A stretch of 64,000 bases of DNA from contig OX597833.1 of assembly GCA_951406725.2 (NCBI GenBank), forward strand, positions 33,232,001 through 33,296,000. Direction: 5' to 3'. Each line of letters opens with the position of its first letter. The first letter of the stretch is position 1. The position numbers were made by a program, and so were the translations under genes. Shown here one piece after another: positions 23,255 to 35,885 of the stretch. The notes under the pieces are model-generated. The model saw only the letters and a list, made by a program, of their open reading frames with translations. It was not told the DNA's origin and did no database searches. The DNA comes from Octopus vulgaris. Taxonomy: Eukaryota.

Positions 23255-24075
23255 ACACAGTTTAGGACAATCAGTAAGTTGTCATAATAGTGCTCAGAGT
23301 TTCAAATGCCGGAGCTAAGAGCCAAGATGCATTCTCATTGGCTATTATGACAATAGACACTATAAAAAAAAACTGTTGAATAAAAGGAAAGTTACTCTAA
23401 TAGGTAAGAAAAAATTATAAAAGATAAAAAGTACACACAACCAAATTCTCACTATACATAGACATAAAACCTCTTGCGTTCATAACGTCTACATATGTAC
23501 ACACTCACACAAGTATGTATATGTACATGCCCATACACACACAAACATATGTGCATTTGCATACTCATACACATATCCACACACACATGTATATATATGT
23601 ATGTATGTATATGTACACGCAACTTCATCCTCATATACACATAGGTGTATGCTTGCATACATAAATATTTAGACATTTATACATATGTGTATATAAGATG
23701 AAATTATATGCACATATACATATATATATATATATACATACATGTGTGTGTGGATATGTGTATGAGTATGTAAATGCACATATATGCTTGTGTGTGCATG
23801 GGCATGTTCATATACATGTTTGTGTTAGTGTGTGCGTATGTAGACGTTATGAACGCAGGAGGTTTTATGTCTATGTATTGTGAGAATATGGTTGCATGTA
23901 TTTTTTATCTTTTAGATTTTTTCCTACCTATTAGAGTAACTTCCCTTTTATTCAACGGTTTTTTTATAGCATCTATTGCCATAATAGCCAATGAGAATAC
24001 ATTGTAGCTCTTAGCTCCAGCATTTGAAACTCTGAGTACTATCATGACAACTTACTGATTGCCCTAAACTATACA
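23255..24075. repeat. Fold-back with ~340-bp diverged inverted arms
   Basis: 23255-23600 is the reverse complement of 23730-24075 with scattered substitutions; flanked by short (TA)n. Confidence 0.9.
23976..24050 (+). ncRNA. Degenerate type-I hammerhead motif (antisense copy at ~23278-23352)
   Basis: ttgccataatag-CCAATGA-Gaatac...gcattT-GAAA-CTC-T-GAG-TA-ctatcatgacaa. Stem I ~12 bp; core has 2 mismatches. Confidence 0.5.
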
Positions 24076-24314
24076 TATATAAATATCCTCTATTTACCTA
24101 ATATCAAGGTCTCATTCTTTTGTTGTCACTTTTTTATTATTATTATTATTATCATCATCATCATCATCATCATAATCATCATCATTATTATTATTATTAT
24201 TATATATAGAGAGGGAGAGATAGATGAGTACTGATGGAGGGGCAGCATTAGATGGGTGCTGATGGGGAAGCAAAAAGCCCCAAAATATATATGCCCATTA
24301 CTCATTTTTAAATA

Positions 24315-24677
24315 GGTGCAGGAATGGTTGTGCAATAAGAAGCTTGCTTCCCAACCACATGATTCCAGGTTCAGTCTCACTGCCTGGCACCTTTGGCAAG
24401 TGTCTTCTACTATAGCCTCAGGCTGACCATATATGTATATATATATGCATATATATTTGTGTGTGTGTGTGTCTGTTTTTGTCTCCCCACCATCATTTGA
24501 CAACTGATGCTTGTGTGTTTATGTCCCTGTAACTTAGTGGTTCGGCAAAATAAACCAGGATAATAAGTACTAGGCTTACAAAGAATACTGTCCTGGGGTC
24601 AATTTGTTCAACTAAACAACCCTTTAAGGTGATGCTCCAGCATGGCCACAGTCAAATTACTGAAGCAAGTAAAAGAA
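24315..24677 (+). mobile_element. tRNA-derived SINE, near full length
   Basis: Colinear with 52630-53025 and 34645-35025. Confidence 0.85.
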
Positions 24678-25096
24678 TATATGTCATCATCATCTAAAGA
24701 TCCCAAATTTGCACCCGAGAAGAACAAAAGAAGAGCTTGTATGTAGTTTGTAGAGAAAGCGGTAATCATATCTACTAACAAACAAGGTGAATATGTACTG
24801 GGAGAGAGAAAAAGAAAATGATAAATGGGAGAAATAAAAGAAGTCCCTTGAAAAACTATATTTTCATATTTTCTATTTCTTTTATTTGATTGATATATAC
24901 ATATATATATATAATATACATATAAATTAATTGTTATCGCCATATTAATATGGCAGTCTTATAGATATAAGACTAAAAGCTGTCGCTGATTAGCTCCATG
25001 AGGCCATCACCTTAAGATAGCTATTTGACACACAAACTGTGTCCATTATAACCTTCAAACAAGGGAGGTCAGCCGCTTCACACTGCTAGTCAGACA

Positions 25097-25139
25097 GCTA
25101 CAGACGCGTTTCAGGGTATTTGCCCCTTGTCAATGTAGC
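25097..25139 (-). ncRNA. Minimal type-I hammerhead ribozyme motif
   Basis: GCTACA-TTGACAA-GGGG-caaata-CCCT-GAAA-CGCG-TC-TGTAGC: 6-bp stem I, stem II, palindromic ACGCGT stem III, GUC site; 2 core mismatches. Confidence 0.7.
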
Positions 25140-25363
25140 GTAGTCGACCCAGCAGGTGGCGCCACTGATCGTCTCTGTTCGAAGGTTTTATTTACCTAGT
25201 TTCGGTGGAATACATCCACTTGTTTTCAATAATAGAAATATTAAAATTACTAAGTCTCTCTAAAAGAGATTACGGCAGCGTTACTGGAAATTAATTGTTA
25301 TCGCCATATTAATATGGCAGTCTTATAGAGACGATCAGTGGCGACACCTGCTGGGTCGACTAC

Positions 25364-25406
25364 GCTACATTGACAAGGGGCAAATACCCTGAAATGCGTC
25401 TGTAGC
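25364..25406 (+). ncRNA. Second copy of the minimal hammerhead motif
   Basis: gctacattgacaaggggcaaataccctgaaatgcgtctgtagc (one C>T change in stem III). Confidence 0.62.
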
Positions 25407-25609
25407 TGTCTGACTAGCAGTGTGAAGCGGCTAACCTCCCTTGTTCGAAGGTTATAATGGACACAGTTTGTGTGTCAAATAGCTATCTTCAGGCGATGGT
25501 CTCATGGAGCTAATCAGCGACAGCTTTTAGTCTTATATGGCGATAACAATTAATTTCCAGTAACGCTGCCATAATCTCTTTTAGAGAGACTTAGTAATTT
25601 TAATATTTC

Positions 25610-25659
<50 letters not shown>

Positions 25660-25663
<4 letters not shown>

Positions 25664-26300
25664 ATAATAACAAAGGGTAAAATTAATTAATTAACTAGTA
25701 ATCAATAATTTCACCAAGTAGAATTCGGCGTGAAAAAGGACCATTTCATAGTAAACTTAAGTAATACTTTATAATTAGGGTTCGTTCAGCAAAGGTTTGC
25801 TTTACCACATATTCCTTGGTGAAACCTTAGCTATTTCTACTTGGTGAAATTATTGATTACTAGTTAATTAATTAATTTTACCCTTTGTTATTATTGATAA
25901 TATAATTTTCTCCCTGATAATAAACTACAGATTTTTTCTGTAGTATTTTACTTGACAACACACGTGGATGGGCAGGGGAAGATGATGAACCTCATTCATA
26001 TATTTTAAATTCGGCGGTACTGACGTTGAATATGATCTGTCTGATACTGTAAGTTGGAGAGCTATGTTCAATTCTTACAATGCCTTCGAATTTAATATTT
26101 TTAATATTTAATATTGTGAAGTCCCATGCTGATGAAGAAAATGTTCGGGTAAATTATAAACTATACATTCTTTATACCGATCTAATTCCGGGAGTCTCTT
26201 TTTAAAGTAGAGGAAATAGCTAAGGTTCTTTGGCTGCTATTTCTAAACTTCGGTATGTGGTAAAGCAAGCCTTTGCTGAACCCTAATAATAAAGTATATA
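25660..26300. repeat. Fold-back element between (TA)n tracts
   Basis: 25660-25723 is inverted at 25834-25899; 25765-25811 is inverted at 26254-26296. Confidence 0.8.
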
Positions 26301-26737
26301 TATATATATATACTACAAAATTAGAGAATGGAGAAACATACTTAAATCAATAAAACATCAACTATCCGATGATACCCAATCAATACTTTAATACACCATT
26401 ACATATGAGTAGAGGCATTATACAAAAAGAGATATACATTAATAGTAAAAAGATAAAGAGATATAAGTAAAAAATTTCAAATATAATATGCAATTAATCA
26501 ATATATATATACACACATGCACACACACACACACACACAGAGTTACATGTGGTAGTCTACAGAAAAATAAAACCATTCCTTATATATGCATATATACATA
26601 TATATAAATACAGTGTACATTTAAACACAAAAAAGGAATCCATCATAGGACTACCTGCACACTAGAGAGGACAGTTAAATTCCAAACCACTAGTAGGGAT
26701 AAAATTTTGAATGGAATGAAAAATTTACCATCTGACT

Positions 26738-26807
26738 CCTGGACCAATGGGTTCAGCCTTTTTTTAGCAAATAAAATAATTTGCTAGGCAAAGCCTTCTT
26801 CAGCAGG
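26738..26807 (-). ncRNA. Type-I hammerhead ribozyme motif with intact CUGAAGA core
   Basis: Minus strand: CCTG-CTGAAGA-AGGCTTTgcctagcaaat..atttgctaaaaaaaGGCT-GAAC-CCA-T-TGG-TC-CAGG. One core mismatch (GAAC for GAAA). It lies between ~27-bp direct repeats at ~26602-26629 and ~27069-27096. Confidence 0.7.
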
Positions 26808-27099
26808 TACACCTTAGATTAAATATATATACATGAGGCAATCCAGTATATGCCCCGTGCTTATACGTTCTAATTTTTCAAATCTACTGCGCAAGTGCAG
26901 CTCCCTGTCGGCAGTAAATAAATATGCCGGCTTTTTCATTTTGAAAATTATCCACGAAAAAATTTATCAATAATTAATAATATCAATGGGTAATCTGAAA
27001 TATTAGAAATTTCCATTACCAGTGGCCTAGCGTGTAAAAAGTTTAGTCAATAGACTATATATTATTCATATAAATACAGTGTACATTTAAACACAGATA

Positions 27100-28283
27100 T
27101 ATATATATCATCAGTGGCTTTTACTCCTGATGCAATGTTGATGAGGGAATCAGTTCTTTGTCTCATATGGGTTCACCCAGCTTTCTATCGTGTCCATGAC
27201 TTTTTTAACATCACCTTCATCTTTCTTTAGGCAAGGGGAACTAGTTTCTTTGTGGTGTTGGTTCTGGGCATCATACATACCAGCCATTTTCCTGCAGATT
27301 TGAAGTAATCTTGCCCTGTCATGTGCTGTCAGAACCCAACGCTGTACTGCCCCTTGGTTGAGGCTGATACCTACTTTACCACCACTCGTTTTGGAGCCAC
27401 GATTCAAAGTTTGCTCAATGGTCTGATCAACAGCAACTTGGGAAAATGCACTCTTGGAATTTCGTTGAACTGTAAAATGCCCTTCCAGGAGAAGAGAATT
27501 GCTTTCAGGATGTGTCTGAGGCAGGGTCTTCATCTCACACCAGTGCACAGAGAGGTGACCGGCATAGTTTATTCTGTCGCATGCAAACACCCAAGGTAGC
27601 ATCTCACGCACAGTAGCAAGATGCAAAACCCAATTCCCCTCTATAGTAGCATGTGTGAATCGAAGCAGTAGGCAGACCAGGTCAATGTAAGAGTCCCAAA
27701 AGGCTGCCAATTTACCTTGGTCCAACTTGCAGAACTCATCAAATAATTCCAAGAGACGTGTGAACTCTGGTGCCAACAACATGTTATTGAAGTTTTCTGA
27801 AGTGATCTCACTGCTGACATTATCCATTGCTGCCCAAGCGGGTTGGAGTAAATGAGCATGGTTCTTCTGTGTCCACTTATAGAAGGTTTTGATTCTCAGA
27901 CGCTGCATAGCATCCATGACAATTTTGTGTGTTTGTATTGCTGAGCCTCAAGCACTCCAGGAATTGAACCAGGAGCAACGATACCAGCTTCAATGATCAG
28001 ATCTGACAGTCCTACATCACTGAACCTTTTTCCAGGATTGCAAGGAACATCATCATAGTGTGAAAGCCCCTCGCCCCAATCTGAGGATGACACGGGAGAA
28101 CTCTTCTTGCATTTTCCATACAATTTCTTGAGCTTTTGCATACACAGCAAAGTCCATTGCGATTATGACTTCTTCCTGACCCAATTGTTGTCCCATTTCA
28201 ACAAACCTCTTAAGAAGAGTGTACACAGTAGACAGCTCAGTAGGAGACGCTTCAATAACCAGGTAGTAACCAATTGTGCACAT
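27100..28283 (-). mobile_element. Degraded large transposase-like ORF of an invertebrate DNA-transposon family (possibly KDZ/DUF6589-related)
   Basis: Motifs IEASPTELSTVYTLL, MDFAVYAKAQEIVW...ILRLG, EGNWVLHL..VREMLPWVFACDRINYA, FTVQR...FSQVAVDQTIEQTLNR.SKTSGG..GISLN.GAVQRW; frameshifted. The superfamily is uncertain. Confidence 0.65.
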
Positions 28284-28286
28284 ATA

Positions 28287-29048
28287 GACGGTGGGCCAAA
28301 TAAATAAGGGTCTTATTCATTGTGATGGCCCCCCCACCTACAAATTTAGTTTATTGGTAACACATTGTTCCTAGGTTTATGTGATGATATTTTCTCTTGT
28401 TTGGCTTCCTCGCATTGAAATACATAAAACAAGCCCCAAAAGCTCGAAACAATTCTAAGACACCCTTCATTACCAAGATTTTTTATGGAAATCATCCATT
28501 TTGGCCTTATTGAGGATGGGGTACGAAATTGCTTATGATATCATTATTATTGAAGATAGCAGACTCAAATTTCATATGGAATAGTAAAAATACCCAGTAA
28601 ATACAACTATTTTGTTTAACTTAATGACTATTAAATTAATTGCAAAAAAATTGGAATAAAAGTCAATATACTGTGAAAAAACATAAAAAACGGGCGTTTA
28701 TTCAGACAAATTGGTGAGATTTTCCAATTTTGGGCAATGGAAGATGAAAAATTCATCATGGGTATGGTAAAGATGTATATTTCCTTCATTTCAGTGATAT
28801 CTATGGCGTTAATAGACAAATATCTCCAATGGTTACCTGTGTATTACATATTTCCACATTTTATAGCCTCGAGACTCACCTTTACTTATAAAAAGCTGTT
28901 GTCCTAATTACCTGATAGGTTGTGCAAATGACAAGTGAAAATGTCATCCCCATAGACCTAGGAACAATGTGGTACCATCAAACTAAAGTTGCAGTGGGGG
29001 TGCAACCAACTCAATAAATAAGGCCCTTTTTGGATTTGGCCCACCGAC
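28287..29048. mobile_element. MITE with ~110-bp imperfect TIRs, TA-flanked
   Basis: TA|GACGGTGGGCCAAAT...ATTTGGCCCACCGAC|TA. Internal mirror sequences cacattgttcctaggt / acctaggaacaatgtg. Confidence 0.8.
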
Positions 29049-29454
29049 TAAAGGCTAGAATGTCTTTGATGGTAGGTTTGCTGTACCAGGGTTGATTTGA
29101 GGCTAAATAACAACAGACCAATGAGCTTGTATGTGGTTGCATGACCTGCTAGAAAAGGTAGCCAAACTTCTTTATATACAGAATAGAAAAACCTAACCTG
29201 TGATATACACGTAGAGTCCATTTTGCCTGGGAAGAAAGATGGAATGGTCACAGTTGGAACGTTTTTGATCATATCTGTTCAATCAGATCCAACTCGGGAC
29301 TAAACAACAAGTGACGAAAGGAACGAGACAATTAAATACAATCTGAAAAAAATTTAAGAGTGGGAAAGTGTTTCTCAATGATCTGAATGTTTTTGGTTTT
29401 TTTAATCATAAATGGGATCTACGTTCCTTGAATTTTCCTTACCACATATTTCCA

Positions 29455-29960
29455 AATCAACCGTTTAATTTTGTTAAGTACTTTTTTTATGAAATATAGT
29501 TCCATTGTCTCCCGGAAGTTTGGATCGTTCTTTGAGCACTTATAGAAGAGCAAGATCTTGAATTTTCCTTCACATATTTCTAAATGTTTGCTCAGTGGAA
29601 TTTTCCGTAACTCTTCTTGTCGGATTTACTGTCTGTGGATTCTTGTGCGTGGGCAAAGGGAATTATTGGTTTCACCAATATAATTTTCCTTGCATTTGGG
29701 GTAAGTAATGCAGTATATGAGATTTTGTGTCTTGCAGTTCATATTTGCATTTGCGTTGAACGAGAATCCACTCTTAAATTTCATGTAGGTGTCCCCATCT
29801 ATATATTTGTTGTTGTCGTATATTCCACATCTGCTATCTCCACATTCTTTTACAGAGAATTCTGTTTCATTCTCTGATGTGAATTTTTCCCTTGTGAGTT
29901 GTTTTTAAGGATTTTCCTGGTGTTTACTATTTCATAGGTAGCTTTTATCTACACCTTCCT
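29455..29960 (-). mobile_element. Penelope-like GIY-YIG endonuclease remnant
   Basis: NMNCKTQNLIYCITYPKCKENYIGETNNSL..RTRIHRQ*IRQEELRKIPLSKHL...MELYFIKKY. Confidence 0.85.
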
Positions 29961-29983
29961 TTCTAATATGTTCCTCACTTTCC

Positions 29984-30036
<53 letters not shown>

Positions 30037-30204
30037 AAGCATTACTTTCAATTTTATATCAAAAGGCCAAGCGAACTTTAAACCACTTTTTGATCAATCC
30101 GATAACGGAAGAAAGCGCTAAAAAATGTAAATAAAAATATATATAAGCATCCAACATTCTAACTACCTTATTCTCAACATACAATATCTGTACATCACTT
30201 CAAA

Positions 30205-30283
<79 letters not shown>

Positions 30284-30413
30284 CACACACATATTTACAG
30301 CATCTCACAAACGTATGAACACCCCTAAAAATTTCAGCAAAAGTGCCATTACTCTGAAGGAAATCAAACGATATTTTATACTCAATAAAATATATTATAC
30401 ATGAAAACTTTAC

Positions 30414-30458
<45 letters not shown>

Positions 30459-31383
30459 GAAAAATTGGATTTAAAAATCTTGGCAGGTATCAAGTAAGCA
30501 CTCAGAATAAAGGAATAGGGTTAAATTTCCAACAAGATTCCAGTAAATGTATGTAGAATACAAATCCCATGTATATTTTCATGTATGATATGACAGGTAA
30601 ACCCAACAATCCTTTTGCAGAATTTTAAGAAATTTAGAGTATTAACAGCAATCAATAATATGTATGGACAAAAGCATGTCTTTATTTTAGATCACACCTT
30701 AAAAAATCCAACAGCTGTTTCAATTGCATTAATATATATATATATTGTGAGATGCTGTAAATACGTGTGTGTGTGTAGAGAGAGAGAGGCATATATATAT
30801 GTCAGCACAACATTATCAAGCTACTTGGTGAAATGCTAATTGAATATCTGAAAAAATTTTAGCTGTTAAAAAACGCGAACAAAAAGAAACGCCAAGACAA
30901 ATTTAATTCTAGATTTTCATTCATTCAACCAAGACCGACGTCATTGAATAACTAATTTTGTTTATAAAAATAAAATATAAAAAATACCATACTAATTCGA
31001 TATTTTTTGACAACTTGAAATCTACATAAAAAAAACTAACGTAGAATACAGGAATATATCTACTAAAATTGATGACGTCACCGGATATATAAAGAACAAA
31101 AACTGCAGACAAGTATTCCACGTAATGCTTAATAGAAACTTATATAATTTACGTCACAATAATTAATTACCTGTTTATTTATTTATTTAATATAATAAAC
31201 CCTTCAATGGGAATTAACCTTGTTTTACAATAACTGAAGAATTATCACCGAGTATCTCCCTGGGTAATTTAAAATAAAAATTACAGAAAAACAGAACCAA
31301 ATATCTATTTATTCATTATAATAAACTCTTATATAAGAAATAACCCTATTATATAATAATAGAAAAATTATTATAATCAATAA

Positions 31384-31897
31384 TCTATATATATAAAACT
31401 GTAGTTGTGTGAGTGTCTGTCCCCTTCGATTTAGATTCCTAACTACTCCCACATTTTGCGGTGCAGTTTAACCAAATTCGGGTATCTTATAGTCGTGATT
31501 CATATCGAGCTCGTTTGGCTATTAGCGCACGTCTACGATGAGTCTACGATTTTTAAAAATAATTTAACATCATTTTTTATTCCATTTTAATGCATAATTT
31601 TTCGTGTGTCGATGGCGGCGGAGTTGGCGTCCATGGTCACACCTGCACCTGTTTGCTTCTCCCCCTTCTTCCCTCCATCGTGAAGCTGTGGGGAAGGGAG
31701 TGTAAGGAAATCAACGTCGTAAAGCGTTGTCAAGGAGACCAGCGTTCTTTTAGAACAACGACTTCATGGCTTGAAGACACCAAAACAAAAATGGCTAAGA
31801 AAGCCCGAATTGGCATCTATAAGGGAAGTAACTCTCTAAAAATGCTTATATAGTTATTTCCCTTACAAACCCGAGCAACGCCGGGTGATACTGCTAG
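31384..31897 (+). mobile_element. Complete non-autonomous Helitron
   Basis: A|TCTATATATATAAAA 5' end; 3' hairpin CCCGAGCAACGCCGGG followed by CTAG|T; no TSD. Confidence 0.9.
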
Positions 31898-32779
31898 TTA
31901 ACTAAAGAATAACAATAACGGATAAGATAATTAAATACTTATTTTTATATTATACCCTTTTACAGGAATTAACATTATCATATAATAATTGAAAATTACT
32001 ATAATTAATAATATATACAATTCTTGATGATCTCGGTGGATAATTAAAAGAATAAAAATTATAGATAAGAATTCTATGTTGTGTTTAATCAAAGCTTAGG
32101 TACTTTACATCGCTATAACTAATTACTTGCTCATTATATTAAGCACTTTAATAGAAATTAACCTTATTATATAATAATTAATTAAAATATTATAATTAAT
32201 AACTGAAATATCTGAATGTCTTTCTAAATTTATGGCGACATCTTAAAGCTAGGTGTCATTAAATTCAATAAAATTAATTTAGAAGTAATTATAAAATATA
32301 ATTCTTCGAGGCAAAGATAACAAGTAGAATTACCAAAATTATACGATGGTGCATAATAATGGACCACTTTAAATCATATGTCATATAATTATCTTTTAAA
32401 TTCCAAATGCATTGATCAAGATTAGTAGAATTACATTTCCTTTTTTATTTAAAGGAACTAGAATGATTATAAAATCTAGATTTCCAACTAGCAGCAGAAG
32501 TACATATATATATATATATTTATATCATTTTGGTAGAATCACTCTCTTGCTACATTGCGATTCACATGTAGGACCACGCAATCTTCAGGTAGGTTATGAC
32601 TAAAAAAATTGTTGGGGGTTTGCATATTCATATATTATATATGGTTTTCTAGTTTAGTTATAGGATGTGAAGGTGGGGAAAAAGGAAGAAAAGAGAAAAG
32701 AAAGGCATTTCCTGCGGTCATCTCGAGTCAATCGAAGGCCTTTTCCGTAATCAACAATAACGCTGCGCAGAGGAAGCTT

Positions 32780-34330
32780 GTTGTATGTGCTGTGTAAGAG
32801 TGAATATGTGATCTATCGTGATATAGTTCTTACAGAGACCTGCTTGCTCTCTCGGTTATTGGTCGTCGAGGTGTTTTGACAATCTGGTGGCTGATCTTTG
32901 TAAACAGCTTCTAGAAGTGAGTCAAGAGGTGTATGGGGTTGATAGTTTTCTCCTTTGATGGTATTTGAATCTTTCCACAGTGAGAGCATTTTACCCTCCT
33001 TCAGATAGCGATTGAAGCGTAGAATGAGGTTTTTCCACAACTTTTCACCTTCACACCTAAACGCCCTTTCCCAGGAGCTTTGCCGTTTTCATCCAGTTTG
33101 TGGGAATTTTCCATTTTACTGATCAGAATATAATGCACTTGTACCAGCATTTGTGGCGGTTGGGTATCGAGCTTCACTGATGATTTTAAAAGGCTGGTGT
33201 AGAAGGTTTTGATCTGAGTGTCAGCCCTCTCCTGCGACTTTTAAACATTTCCTTTCCTCTTCAGTGAACATCAATTTCTTCAGTTTATAATTCTCGAAGT
33301 CATTTCTTAAGTGTTGTCTGATTGCTTTGCAGAGAACGGAATATTCGAGGTGATTTTTCATGTTCCTCATCATAGATTTCCGTTTCTCTAGTATATTCTT
33401 CATCTCTTTCGAGATTCTTCCAAAAAGCTGGCTTGCAGTTTTTGCTTTCCATATGTAGCTTTAAATTTTCTGGACCAGCAATTATAGTCCTGATTGATCT
33501 CCAAATTTCCTTTTTGATAGCTTCCTGCAACTGTATCTTATCAAAGGCCTTGACGCGTTGACTCTTCATTGAGATGTGCAGAGCCTTTTTCTCTCAGATT
33601 TCACGGATTACAATCTTCGCTGTCCGTGTTGAATAGCGTTAGTACTGAGACGTCCTGCAATATACATTTTTTCCTACCAGGTTGTATAGTCATTGTCATT
33701 TTTATCTTGAGCATTTGGGGCTAACTATGTCTATCTCATTCCAGATTGCTTCCGATGAGTGATGAAGGCAATTGGCAAGAAATGATTTTCAAAACCCATT
33801 CTTTGCTTACGATGAATCCTATACTATCTGTTGCCTCACACCTTCCGCTTTTCCCAGTCTCATGGCATTTCTATTTGTCCATCCCATAATTATTTCTTTC
33901 CTTTGATGTGTTTCACAGAGCCCTAGCACATTGCATTTGATTTTCTTTCACTCTTCCATTAGATGAGTCAGTCCGGTTCTCCCTGCCAAAGACCAGCAAT
34001 TGTACGTATATATGGCGAGGGATGGTATGCGATTCCTTGGCAGCTACGCGAACCTGAGATTCTTATTAGTCTCTGGTCGCTTGGATTTCGCTCTGCTGCT
34101 ATGGAGCAGTCCGAATGACCAGCAGGTTACTGTGACCTATTTCATTGAATCGCTTTTGTTTTGAGGATGAAGCCATCCTGCTGGTTAGGCTATCAGTTCA
34201 TTTATTAGCTCTTCAGTTTAGCTCATTTCTGACCTCTAGTAAATAGGCTACGTACTCGCTTCTGCGAGACAGTCTTTTCATAAGGTTAGTTGTCCGATAC
34301 CATTGTAGCTTTGTTGGACCTGCCAGGGAA
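32780..34330 (-). mobile_element. RTE-like LINE, degraded endonuclease/tether/start of RT
   Basis: LEYSVLCKAIRQHLRNDFENY, KAPGKG, RFNRYLKEGK...WKDSNTI..KGENYQP. Confidence 0.7.
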
Positions 34331-34644
34331 ACGCCCCACTACCATAGCTACCGAACAGTCATTACCACTGTTGCACTACTATGAAGTTCTAAAGCAGGAT
34401 TTCACAACAGAAATTAATGAATAAAAAATAACATGACAGTTAAAACAGCAGTACCGGGAAGAGTATGCATTCCAACAAAAAAAAAAAAGGAAAGAGAAAA
34501 ACAAAAGCACAATGCACCACAGCAACACGGAAGTGTAGCAGGTAATTCAACAGAAATTTGCCTGAAACTATCAAATGTCGAATGATTTAAATAGTAATAA
34601 TAAATTGTGTGTGTGTGTGTGCGCGCGCGCGCGCGTGTGTGTAC

Positions 34645-35025
34645 GTGTGTGTGTGGCCGACTGGTAAAAAGTTTGCGTCCTAACCACTTGGTTCCGAATT
34701 CAGTCTCACTGCGTGTCACCTTGAGCAAGTGTCTTCTACTATAGCCTCAAGCCGACCAAACTCTTGTGAGTGGATTTGGTAGACGGAAACTGAAAGAAAC
34801 CCGTCGTGTATAAATATGTCTGTGTGTATTTGCTCCCCCCGCCCACCGCTTGGCAACTGGTGTTGGTGTGTTTATGTCTCCATAACTTAGCACTTCGGCA
34901 AAATCGACCGATTGGTACTTAACCAGGTTTTAAAACATAAGTGCTGGGGTTCATTCGTTCGATCAAAATTCTTTATTATAGTGCCCCAGCATGGCCGCAG
35001 TCTAAATGACTGAAACAACTAAAAG
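34645..35025 (+). mobile_element. tRNA-derived SINE
   Basis: Colinear with 52630-53025. Confidence 0.85.
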
Positions 35026-35564
35026 ATATAGATAACAGATATGCATTTACGTGTTCTGTGTGTGTTGTGTGGTGTGTACGTACATGTGGTCAGCTTTTAC
35101 CTAAACTTTTTCCTTTTATGTATGTTTGTTTTACTTTTATACTTTCACTCCTTTCCATGAAATCAAATAAAGACAAAGAAAAACATTTTGTCTTTAAAGA
35201 ACAACGTTTAGTTTTCATTTTTATTGTTTTACTTCTATTTCTCTCCCCCACTGCGATAATATAGCCTTGTAAGGAAGGTAAGTACTTAACAAGACATTTG
35301 TAAATCTTTATAAGTCACACTACTTGTGCTTCTAAAATTAAGCAGACGATAGATAGTCCCACTAAAAGAACAGCCAACAGCAAAAGCTCTCTCCTATCGC
35401 TCTTCAGTCACTCAACATATTTTAAGGTAAGACTTCGTTTTAAATATACAATTCTGCATACACACATACGCACATAAACATATCACTATTTTTGTCTGTG
35501 TGTATGAGTGTGCATACAACCATACATGTATGCTTACATACTTACATACATATATGCATACATA

Positions 35565-35850
35565 TTTTTCATTTACACCAATAATAATTCGAGTACTTGG
35601 TTTTATAAGTAAATGCCTAACTGCCAGTCTGGATAAGCTTGGATTCTTAGAAAAAGAAATCAACCAACTGATTCGCACATTACAAATACAATCTGTAAAC
35701 GGAACAGTAAAACAATGCAAGACTTTTCTCAGGTTTAAAATGTGACATTGTTTTCGTTATCTATATTCCAACGATGGCGCTTTGCATCTTTGTTAGAAAC
35801 TAGTTTCTTCCTCAAAGGAAGAATTTACATAACTAAAAGCATAAAAAAAC
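35565..35850 (+). mobile_element. 3' end of an REL (R4/Dong-like) non-LTR element in (TACA)n
   Basis: FTPIIIRVLGFISKCL..SLDKLGF.EKEINQLIRTLQIQSVNGTVKQCKTFLRF*, homologous to 61720-62072. Confidence 0.75.
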
Positions 35851-35885
35851 ATACATACATACATACATACATACATACATACATC

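Larger units (their letters stand above)
24923..25615. repeat. Rearranged fold-back element between (TA)n tracts
   Basis: 24965-25177 is inverted at 25327-25537 (I counted ~7 differences in ~210 bp). 25230-25306 is inverted at 25537-25613. 24925-24965 is repeated directly at 25289-25329. Confidence 0.9.

Noticed and set aside
26120-26200. CTGATGA box as a hammerhead
   Set aside because: No downstream GAAA or stem III could be placed.
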